Of a stretch of 22,017 nucleotides of DNA, positions 7,137 through 14,947 are shown in pieces. The translations under genes and the position numbers were made by a program. Source of the stretch: Candidatus Heimdallarchaeota archaeon (GTDB lineage Archaea > Asgardarchaeota > Heimdallarchaeia > Hodarchaeales > Hodarchaeaceae); the NCBI GenBank assembly GCA_048881705.1, contig JBHLSH010000069.1:1-22017 (forward strand), in the 5' to 3' direction. Positions within the stretch are counted from its first letter, which is position 1. Every line of letters starts with the position of its first letter. Below the pieces are notes generated by a model that ran no database searches, was not told the DNA's origin, and saw only the letters and a list, made by a program, of their open reading frames with translations.

Positions 7137-9923
7137 TTGATCCAGAAATCGGTGAAGGATGTGTGTAAACACCAAACTGACAAATTTCTCGCCATTTCTA
7201 AAAAAGTGATTGTTTTAATGGCACTTTTAGATCTAATAATACTAGGAAAAACTCTCTTTCTCGTCAATTCGGTTGATCTGCCCATTGAGCTCTCTGAACG
7301 GGAGACGGTTGGAGTAAGTGAGGCAGTTTCTGATATTTTCCACTTCACAGCTGAGCAATGGTCGCCAGATCTTGATCTGTTTCAAGCCAATGCTTCCTTC
7401 ATTGGCGAAGATGCCAGTGATCAATCTGCATTTTCTATAACAGGAGTGGGAGATGTCAATGCCGATGGATTTGACGACATATTGATCGGAGCATGGGGAG
7501 ATGATGATGGTGGAACGGATGCCGGAAAAACCTATTTGCTGCTCGGCCGACCGTCTGCTGACTGGCAGATGGACTTGGATCTTTCGCTGGCGAATGCCTC
7601 TTTCATTGGTGAAGATAGCAACGACTGGTCGGGGTATTCCGTGGCGGGGGCAGGCGATGTCAATGCCGATGGCTATGACGACATACTTATTGGAGTACCT
7701 AATGATGAGGATGGTGGGGTTTATGCCGGTCAGACTTATCTGTTCCTCGGCCGACCGTCTGCTGACTGGCAGCTTGGCCTTGACCTTTCATTGGCGAATG
7801 CTTCCTTCATTGGTGAAGACAGAGACGATTTTGCAGGATTTTCCATTGCGGGCGTAGGCGATGTTAACACGGATGGTTATGATGATATTATGATCGGAGC
7901 TCCTGGGGATGATAACGCTGGCCTGCCAAATGTAGGCCAATGCTATCTACTGCTCGGCCGACCATCAGCTGACTGGCAGATGCGCCTTGATCTTTCTCAG
8001 GCGAACGCTTCCTTTATTGGCGAGGATGCTGGAGACGAAGCGGGATACTCTGTAGCGGGCGCGGGTGATGTCAACGCGGATGGTTATGCTGATGTGTTGA
8101 TCGGAGCTCATAAAGGTGACATTGGTGGAATGTTTGCAGGTCAATCCTATCTACTGCTCGGCCGACCATCAGCTGACTGGCAGATGGATTTGAACCTTTC
8201 ATTGGCGAATGCTTCCTTTATTGGTGAGGACGCTGGAGACGAAGCGGGATTTTCCGTCGCAGGCGTGGGTGATGTCAACGCGGACGGATATGATGACATA
8301 TTGATTGGAGCATACGGAGACGATGATGGCGGAACTGACGCAGGTCAATCTTATTTACTGCTTGGTCGGCCATCTGCAGACTGGCAGCTAGGCCTTGATC
8401 TTTCACTCGCGAATGCTTCCTTCATTGGCGAGGATGTTGGAGACGAAGCGGGATATTTCGTGGCAGGCGTTGGTGATGTGAATGTTGATGGTTATGATGA
8501 CATATTGATTGGAGCTCCCTACGATGATGATGGCGGAACTGACGCAGGCCAATCCTATCTGCTGCTCGGCCGACCATCTGCCGACTGGCAGCTGCGCCTT
8601 GATCTTTCGCTGGCGAACGCCTCTTTCATTGGTGAAGATGTGGGTGATGAATCAGGATGTTCTGTGGCGGGCGCGGGCGACGTTAATGCCGATGGATTTG
8701 GTGATTTAGTGATCGGAGCGCGCAAAAATGATGAGGGTGGAGTAGATGCGGGCCAAACCTACCTCCTACTCGCAAAAGATTATATTCCCCCCATGGTGGA
8801 TATCATCGATCCCGTTCCAGAATCTACCTATTCTCCTAGTATTATCCTGATTTATTCGATTTCTCGCGAATATATACCATCAATCACTATATTTCTTGAC
8901 GGTATGGCCAATATTACCGCTTGCCCTAATGGATCCACGGTTACAGGTCTATCAGAAGGACTTCACAATATTACCCTTGTAGTGGTTGATCAATCTAATT
9001 ATGTGGGGAAAACATCTGTTATCTTCTTCGTAGATGCCACTCCACCTATCATTCTCGTTAATACCCCCATTGCTGCAATCCATCCGAGCGGTACTATTAA
9101 AATTGATCTTTCTGGCAATGGCAAGCACTACTGGTATAATATTGAAGGTGTGGACAGCAACAACCAAACTTGGACGGTCCCGATCCAACGTACATTGGAT
9201 GATGGATTCCATACTCTACATGCCTATGGAAATGATTCCGCTGGAAACGAAGGCCATAGAAGCGTTATTTTTACCGTTGACTCGATCTCTCCAGTCTTGA
9301 CTCAGCCTGACGATGTTCTTTATGAGGAGAGGACGACAAACCATACTATTACGTGGAAGGCTTTTGATCTTCATCCTTCCAGCTTTTTAGTCAGACGTGA
9401 AGGGATTGAAGTTGTCGGTGGACGATGGGATGGAAGTTCAATTGTCATAAGCGTGGATAATCTACCTATTGGTTCCTATAAATATACTTGCATCGTGTAC
9501 GATCAAGCAGGCCACACGGCAAATGATAGCATTACAGTAACGGTACTAGATACGACTCCTCCTACAATTGACCATCCTGCAGACCTTCAATATGTTGAAG
9601 GTGTGATTCAGGTGGGAGATATTACTTGGAATCCCTTTGATACTCACCCTGATTCCTATACGGTTACAATGAATGCCTTCCAAATCACAAGTGGAGCGTG
9701 GAATGGGGGCAGTATTACAGTTACATTGGATGAATTAGCAGCTGGTAACTACACCATAGTCTGTACCGTTAGAGATCAATCTGGTAATAGTGCAAGTGAT
9801 AGCGTGGATGTCATAGTTGTCAAAAAACCTTCCCAGACACCATGGCCTTTCCTCATTCCAACCCTAGGAGGGCTTGGTCTAGTTATTTTTCTACGAAGGT
9901 TCCAGAAAAGGTTGAGATCCTAA
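7137..9923 (+). CDS. Cell-surface FG-GAP (integrin-alpha-type seven-bladed beta-propeller) protein with four Ig-like domains and a C-terminal membrane anchor
   Basis: N-terminal hydrophobic signal, seven 68-69 aa repeats each with GDVN-x-DG-x-x-D and IG(A/V), four 85-90 aa beta-rich units ending in D-x-x-G(N/H)-like motifs (unit 1 DQSNY, less clear), then TM FLIPTLGGLGLVIFL and tail RRFQKRLRS. Confidence 0.88.
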   Translation: MIQKSVKDVCKHQTDKFLAISKKVIVLMALLDLIILGKTLFLVNSVDLPIELSERETVGVSEAVSDIFHFTAEQWSPDLDLFQANASFIGEDASDQSAFSITGVGDVNADGFDDILIGAWGDDDGGTDAGKTYLLLGRPSADWQMDLDLSLANASFIGEDSNDWSGYSVAGAGDVNADGYDDILIGVPNDEDGGVYAGQTYLFLGRPSADWQLGLDLSLANASFIGEDRDDFAGFSIAGVGDVNTDGYDDIMIGAPGDDNAGLPNVGQCYLLLGRPSADWQMRLDLSQANASFIGEDAGDEAGYSVAGAGDVNADGYADVLIGAHKGDIGGMFAGQSYLLLGRPSADWQMDLNLSLANASFIGEDAGDEAGFSVAGVGDVNADGYDDILIGAYGDDDGGTDAGQSYLLLGRPSADWQLGLDLSLANASFIGEDVGDEAGYFVAGVGDVNVDGYDDILIGAPYDDDGGTDAGQSYLLLGRPSADWQLRLDLSLANASFIGEDVGDESGCSVAGAGDVNADGFGDLVIGARKNDEGGVDAGQTYLLLAKDYIPPMVDIIDPVPESTYSPSIILIYSISREYIPSITIFLDGMANITACPNGSTVTGLSEGLHNITLVVVDQSNYVGKTSVIFFVDATPPIILVNTPIAAIHPSGTIKIDLSGNGKHYWYNIEGVDSNNQTWTVPIQRTLDDGFHTLHAYGNDSAGNEGHRSVIFTVDSISPVLTQPDDVLYEERTTNHTITWKAFDLHPSSFLVRREGIEVVGGRWDGSSIVISVDNLPIGSYKYTCIVYDQAGHTANDSITVTVLDTTPPTIDHPADLQYVEGVIQVGDITWNPFDTHPDSYTVTMNAFQITSGAWNGGSITVTLDELAAGNYTIVCTVRDQSGNSASDSVDVIVVKKPSQTPWPFLIPTLGGLGLVIFLRRFQKRLRS
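7386..8774 (+). repeat. Seven tandem intragenic repeats of 204-207 nt (FG-GAP blades)
   Basis: Repeat starts (ANASFIGED) at 7386, 7590, 7794, 8001, 8205, 8409 and 8613, giving spacings of 204, 204, 207, 204, 204, 204. Recurrent DNA blocks such as ctgctcggccgacc and gctgactggcag. Confidence 0.95.
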
Positions 9924-10221
9924 ATTCGTGGCTTTATCCCTTTATTCAATGATCTTGCTCTCAAAATAGATCATGCTCATTTCTTGCTTTCATTCCAAGT
10001 CTAACGACTTTTAATGGAGTTTAATATGCATAGATCTTGCAAAGAGGTAACATTGAATGGGAATCTATATCAGGATTCCCCTTGGATTCTCAATCACCAG
10101 AAAAATTCATACGTAGCTTCAGGGTGTTACTCACAGATCTGAAATTGTTACTCCCATCCTTCAGGACGATCAAAGTTATGAACTACAACTCTAAAAAGAT
10201 TTAAAGATCCTATTGGCTCCA

Positions 10222-11205
10222 TCAAAGTATGAATGATAAATTTAAACCCAAGAAAAGTAATAAAATACACAAATAGAGCATTCCCGAGGATTTAGTCAGA
10301 TTCTTCCGGATGAGGTTAAAAACGAGTAATGTTAGGATGATGAAACATAAGATGGAGCTATAGGTCATAATCGCCTCAAATTCAAAATCAAAGATAATTA
10401 TCCCACAAAGCCCAAAAATCAGTGTTGTGTTCCACAAAACCTTTCCAATTTGCGCACTTATTCCGAGTTCCGTCTGGTTTTTTTTAATCGAATTGACGAT
10501 CAGCCAGAATTCCTCGACATTGGTGACAAATGCCATGACAACAAGGCCAAAAAAGGTTTCGGATAATCCTGTAAAAATAATTAGCTGCTCTGCGCTCATT
10601 ATCAACGCCTGACCGCTAAAAAAGATGACAATAAGAGAGAAAATAACCTTTAAAGGAATTAACGATCGAATTTCCTTCTCTTCATTGCCTTTATCTTTCG
10701 GTTCGATCGCATTAGCTTGTTTTTTTAACCTCTGTTCGCTTGATACCTCACGATGCTTTCTCTGCACCTTAAAGCTGTTAATACCATATATCCCAAATAG
10801 GACTAGGTTGAACAAAGCCGATAAGGGAAGAAACGTAGGGAATACCATAGAAATCATAATCGAGAGACTTCCGATAAGTAAAAGTCCATAATAAAACAGA
10901 GGGATCTGTTGGAACTCAAATCGTAGAAAAAACGGAGGGATCCCAAAAGCGATCGTTACGGCTATTATGGTATTACCAATTAAATTTCCCAGAGACAGAT
11001 AGGATAATCCAGTTGAAGCGGCTATTAGTGAAACAATACTCTCTTCTAGATCAATTCCTAATAGAAATATCCCTATTATAACTGGAGAAATCGTATAAAC
11101 GTCACCTAAATCTTCTAAAAGATCGATAATATAATCTGCAAAAAAATAAATTACCATGTAGCCAATTATAAACAATATAAGCCATGATAAGAAGTCTAGG
11201 TTCAT
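10222..11205 (-). CDS. Ca2+/cation antiporter (CaCA, NCX_Mj/YrbG-like) with divergent alpha-repeat motifs
   Basis: Two homologous halves of about five TM each separated by a hydrophilic loop. alpha1 IGIFLLGIDLEESIVS...LGNLIGN and alpha2 FGLVVMAFVTNVEEF...AQIGKVLWN sit where the family normally has GTSLPE...GN-x-x-GSN. Confidence 0.8.
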   Translation of the reverse strand: MNLDFLSWLILFIIGYMVIYFFADYIIDLLEDLGDVYTISPVIIGIFLLGIDLEESIVSLIAASTGLSYLSLGNLIGNTIIAVTIAFGIPPFFLRFEFQQIPLFYYGLLLIGSLSIMISMVFPTFLPLSALFNLVLFGIYGINSFKVQRKHREVSSEQRLKKQANAIEPKDKGNEEKEIRSLIPLKVIFSLIVIFFSGQALIMSAEQLIIFTGLSETFFGLVVMAFVTNVEEFWLIVNSIKKNQTELGISAQIGKVLWNTTLIFGLCGIIIFDFEFEAIMTYSSILCFIILTLLVFNLIRKNLTKSSGMLYLCILLLFLGLNLSFIL

Positions 11206-11449
11206 TATCTAAAATAACCAATCATGAGCTTTATTCTTTTTCTCTAGGAGGGATAATGGAAGATTCGAAAACGGCCACAAAAAATCGTTAAGTTATCAGG
11301 TACATCCAGCATGGTCTCTCATCTTCCCTGTTTCGGACGACTGTTGCCACGTAGAAGGTTTTAATTGGGAAATCATGATTCCAAGATATTTAAAAGATAG
11401 CAAACAGATATCATAATTAGTAACATAATGTTCCTTCTATATCCTCACG

Positions 11450-11875
11450 ATGAGAGGAAACAATATGCCCGAAGTAAAAATCCCCGGTTTAAGTTATGCA
11501 GCTCGCTTAACGAATAGGAATGGTCATAACATACTAGAACTGCTCTTCAGGGGAGATTCCATAACATCACATGAGCTCCCACCCGACAAGCTCAACGAGC
11601 CTACAATTCTTTCCGCCTTAAAGGCGGGTTGTACCGAGGCGGACATCATCCATCAGATTCCTGAAGCGATGCTTGTCAGAGTCGCCCAAGATCTGTTTAA
11701 AGAATCAGGATTGGATGAAGGAAAACCTTTGGTTCCGACGGAGTTTGAAGTCGATGACGATTCCAAAGAACTTGATAAGAAGTTAAATATTATCATTACT
11801 ACACTTCAAGAAATCGAAAAACGTCTTGAACAGATTGAGATCATTATTCAATCCAGTCCTAAAGCTGGCCAATAA
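11450..11875 (+). CDS. Hypothetical cytoplasmic protein with C-terminal coiled coil
   Basis: 141-aa ORF (alternative ATG at 11465) with heptad pattern SKELDKKLNIIITTLQEIEKRLEQIEIIIQ. No TM segment. Confidence 0.65.
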   Translation: MRGNNMPEVKIPGLSYAARLTNRNGHNILELLFRGDSITSHELPPDKLNEPTILSALKAGCTEADIIHQIPEAMLVRVAQDLFKESGLDEGKPLVPTEFEVDDDSKELDKKLNIIITTLQEIEKRLEQIEIIIQSSPKAGQ

Positions 11876-12148
11876 CTTTTATTGATATTAGTGGTCTGAT
11901 AAAATAGTAAACTGTTGTTCTTCACTACTTTTCCCTTCTAAGTGGGTGTCTGTCCGATGCCGAGTAGGGATGGGTATTTCAAAGATCGTTCAATCTTATT
12001 TACCTCAAAAGAAGATGTATCGGGATCAGGTTGAAGTGAGGATAAGGTTGAATGGAATTATTCAGAAAAAACTTAGCATTTATAAAACTCTTATTAGGCA
12101 CTCATTTGAATGCCAATCAGGCCTTAAATGATCCCTTTTGATTGGATT

Positions 12149-12279
12149 CCCTAGGTAGCTCAGCCTGGTAGAGCCCGCGGCTGTAGAACAGATGGTTCGC
12201 ATCTCTGAGTAAACGATGAAGAGATGCCAGCACTGTGGCGGCTACCGCGTTGTCCCGTGTTCGAATCACGGCCTAGGGA
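12149..12279 (+). tRNA. tRNA-Tyr(GUA) with a canonical 37/38 intron
   Basis: Acceptor stem CCCTAGG/CCTAGGG plus discriminator A (C1:G72, A73, the archaeal/eukaryal Tyr identity), D arm GCTC/GAGC, anticodon stem CGCGG/CCGCG with CT-GTA-G, T arm CCGTG-TTCGAAT-CACGG. CCA is not encoded. Confidence 0.95.
12187..12243 (+). other. 57-nt tRNA intron with a relaxed bulge-helix-bulge splice motif
   Basis: Central helix CUGU(32-35)/GCGG, bulges AG^A and CU^A, outer helix ACAG/CUGU offset by one extra G. Internal hairpin GCATCTCT (12199-12206)/AGAGATGC (12220-12227). Confidence 0.85.
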
Positions 12280-12292
12280 TTTTTTTATTTTT
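12280..12292 (+). terminator. Oligo-T archaeal terminator after tRNA-Tyr
   Basis: TTTTTTTATTTTT directly after the discriminator base. Confidence 0.6.
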
Positions 12293-12381
12293 CTCTGGCT
12301 TACAAAACGTCTGAATGCGAGTAATTCGAAGCAATATCAATTTTAGCCGTTTATATTATCTCAGATTAAGACATTATTTGC

Positions 12382-13641
12382 GTGAATTCATTGCATAAGA
12401 AGTTACTAGTTCTTTTGTACTGGGAAAAAAATACGTGGTACGCACTGGGGCCCCTAGCTGCTAGTTTAACCCAGAATAAAATTGCCTACGAAGTTGTAAG
12501 AGGCGATGTGACACACACCGTCGAGACTAGAATAAACCAGGGATTTTCAGTGGTATATGGAGAATCGTCTCGAAATATGTCATTGAATGTGCAAAGAAAA
12601 CGGCTTGAGCATCTTGTGCAAACGATCCCGAACGCCAACCTGATCACGATCGTTGGCGGCCCCCAAGCTACAGGAGATCCAGAAACCTTTTTAGATATGG
12701 GAGTTGATTTCGTGGTAGTGGGCGAGGGAGAAGTTACATTTCCCTTGTTAGTAAAATCATTGATCAAAAATAATTTCAGAAGGGAAGCGGTAAAAGATAT
12801 ACCTGGTATTAGTTACCGGAACGGAACTGGAGACGCCCGACGTACAAAAATGCCTGATCGGATCAACCTTGATGAGTATCCGTGCTATTCTGATAATGCA
12901 AACTTTCCTTTACATCCACCTATCGAACTTATGCGCGGATGTGCATTTCGTTGTAAGTTTTGTCAGGTACCATACATGTATGGAAATCCGAGATTTCGGA
13001 GTATCGAAAACGTGGTTAAGATAGTAAGACATTATGCGGACAATTTTCAGTTTAAAGACAGCGTAGATATCCGCTTTATCGCTCCAAATTCGCTAGGATA
13101 TATGGAAAAAAGAAGAGGCCAAGCTAATTATCTTGCATTAAAAGAATTAATCCACCAGATTGGGCACTTTGATATAAGGCTATTTCTTGGTACATTTCCA
13201 TCGGAAGTAAGACCTGAGTATATAACGGAGGAAACCATAGGATTATTTGACGATGTAGCCAATGATAACATCTCAGTGGGAATACAAAGCGGTTCTGACC
13301 GAATTTTGGCCTACATGCGTAGAGGACACACTGTGAATGTTGTATGGAAAGCACATGATTTGATAACGGCACACGGCATTACTCCTGTTTTTGATTTTAT
13401 ATTGGGAAGCCCAACGGAGTCAGAAAACGAACAATGGGAAACAATAGATCTAATTCGGGATTTGGGTAAGAAATCCCAGGTTCGACTGCATTATTTCATG
13501 CCCTTGCCGTGGACTCCATGGAAAAATGCCGCTCCTTCTCCTGTATATGATACAATTCAAATTGAAATTGGAAGGCTAGCTCGAGATAAAATCATTGTTG
13601 GAGATTTCACAAAACAATACCGGTATACGGAAAATTCCTAA
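12382..13641 (+). CDS. B12-binding domain/radical SAM protein (MJ1487/TIGR04013-like)
   Basis: VGGPQATGDP and VVVGEGE in the N-terminal cobalamin-binding-like domain. CxxxCxxC as RGCAFRCKFCQ, plus DIRFIAPN, FPSEVRPE, QSGSD...RGH, DFILG and HYFMPLP. Confidence 0.88.
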   Translation: MNSLHKKLLVLLYWEKNTWYALGPLAASLTQNKIAYEVVRGDVTHTVETRINQGFSVVYGESSRNMSLNVQRKRLEHLVQTIPNANLITIVGGPQATGDPETFLDMGVDFVVVGEGEVTFPLLVKSLIKNNFRREAVKDIPGISYRNGTGDARRTKMPDRINLDEYPCYSDNANFPLHPPIELMRGCAFRCKFCQVPYMYGNPRFRSIENVVKIVRHYADNFQFKDSVDIRFIAPNSLGYMEKRRGQANYLALKELIHQIGHFDIRLFLGTFPSEVRPEYITEETIGLFDDVANDNISVGIQSGSDRILAYMRRGHTVNVVWKAHDLITAHGITPVFDFILGSPTESENEQWETIDLIRDLGKKSQVRLHYFMPLPWTPWKNAAPSPVYDTIQIEIGRLARDKIIVGDFTKQYRYTENS

Positions 13642-14849
13642 AAATAGTCTCTAAAATACGTTGGTTGTTTGGGAAAAATCTTCCCGAGACGTTCTAGTGC
13701 TTTCTCCGACCCTTTAATAGCTCCCGCTTCTGCAAGCTGCTGGGGTGAATGAAATCCAATAACAACTTGGCTTAGCTCTTTTACACCCAGTGAGAGTGAT
13801 TCATCGGAGAGATGAGAAGTTATAATGCCTCTACCATTCTCTACTTGTATTGTTAAGGTTTTATTCTGCCATGAACAGTGAGGGTCTTTGAGATCTAGTG
13901 TAATATTCGTTGATACTTCTTCAGGATATTTCAATAATGGAATTAGGTTTTTTATATTCATGATCCGAATCATGGAATTAGCTATTATGAGATTTTCTTT
14001 CATTCGTGGGGTTGTAAGAAAGGGAAGATAGTTTTGGTCAAAGGGAGCAATCTTGATATAGTCACGTTGAGAATCATGATCAGCTAGAAAGTTTAACAAG
14101 GCTTGCTTTGTTTCTGGATCAAAATAAACGATTTCCCGCACTTCTAAAAAACTAAACGGGTTATTTGGACTTTTTCGCTCAAAACGGGTTATAATATACC
14201 CAAGATCGTTTCCCTCAAGGTCTTGACAAATAAACTGAAATCCCCCGTTGGTCCAGTTCCATCCATACAACTTTTCCCAAACGTAATGAGGTCTCTCAAC
14301 CAATCCCTCTTTTTTTTCAGAAAGTTGGCGGTAAAGGGGCTGACAACGTTGGAAACTGGGATCAAAATCTTCGGTTATTATCCGATTAGGTGTAGGTCGC
14401 TTTAAAATTTCCGTAGGCTTAATTGTATGTGCTATGATTGCATCAGCTTGGCCGTATCCAAGTTTTTCGTAAAAAGCGAACGTAAACGGGTATAACACGG
14501 AAACAAGGAATCCCTGCTGATTAAGTCGAGTAAAAGTATCCCGAAAGAGCCGAGTCATGTAAGATTTCCTACGATACTCAGGTCTGCAGGCAACCGCAGT
14601 AATTCCCGCCATTTTTACCCAAGTACCTCGGATTCGCTGTTTGAATTCGATGACACCTAACGTAGCTATGACTTTCCTGTTCTGATCCTCAAGTAGATAA
14701 TTCACTACCTGATATGGCAGTTCAAGTTCTCTTTTTTCTTGAGAATCACCATATCGGTTTTTATGACCTTCAAATGCGTAAATTAGAATATTTCGTATCG
14801 TGGTCTTGTCATCTGGGATTGCTTCACGAAAATTAGCGCTGGTAATCAT
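13638..14849 (-). CDS. Eis-like GNAT N-acetyltransferase (tandem GNAT plus C-terminal SCP2-like domain)
   Basis: GITAVACRPEYRRKSY (acetyl-CoA motif A), SVLYPF-x-x-x-FYEKLGY, and C-terminal MIRIMN...D-x-x-C-x-WQN...F. Confidence 0.85.
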   Translation of the reverse strand: MITSANFREAIPDDKTTIRNILIYAFEGHKNRYGDSQEKRELELPYQVVNYLLEDQNRKVIATLGVIEFKQRIRGTWVKMAGITAVACRPEYRRKSYMTRLFRDTFTRLNQQGFLVSVLYPFTFAFYEKLGYGQADAIIAHTIKPTEILKRPTPNRIITEDFDPSFQRCQPLYRQLSEKKEGLVERPHYVWEKLYGWNWTNGGFQFICQDLEGNDLGYIITRFERKSPNNPFSFLEVREIVYFDPETKQALLNFLADHDSQRDYIKIAPFDQNYLPFLTTPRMKENLIIANSMIRIMNIKNLIPLLKYPEEVSTNITLDLKDPHCSWQNKTLTIQVENGRGIITSHLSDESLSLGVKELSQVVIGFHSPQQLAEAGAIKGSEKALERLGKIFPKQPTYFRDYF

Positions 14850-14947
14850 AGAAAAACCCGTTAAAGTTCATTCTATTTTGTTTTGCTCCATTTCATGGTG
14901 TGGTAAAGTTTTTTTTCAGAGTATATGAGAGAGTTTGATACGATTCT

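Noticed and set aside
7386-8774. Regularly spaced DNA repeats as a possible CRISPR array
   Set aside because: The period is 204 nt, the repeats are in-frame coding with synonymous variation, there are no unique spacers, and no cas genes are present.
9896-9923. Tail RRFQKR as an equivalent of the integrin KxGFFKR motif
   Set aside because: It lacks GFF and is adequately explained as a positive-inside stop-transfer cluster.
9924-10221. About 300-nt intergenic region with short ORFs, one interrupted by an in-frame TAG (MGIYIRIPLGFSITRKIHT*LQGVTHRSEIV...)
   Set aside because: The ORFs are under 50 aa with no recognisable motif, and nothing supports amber readthrough. Probably terminator or spacer DNA between convergent genes.
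11946-12131. 61-aa ORF upstream of the tRNA, and the many 60-160 aa ORFs antisense to or nested in long genes
   Set aside because: No motifs; they overlap well-supported genes or promoter DNA and are expected by chance.
12205-12222. CTGA...GAA in the tRNA intron as a hammerhead ribozyme core
   Set aside because: It does not match CUGANGA plus GAAA, and the three required stems are absent.
13638-13641. 4-nt overlap of convergent stop codons between the radical SAM and GNAT genes
   Set aside because: Common in compact archaeal genomes and does not by itself imply antisense regulation or a shared pathway.
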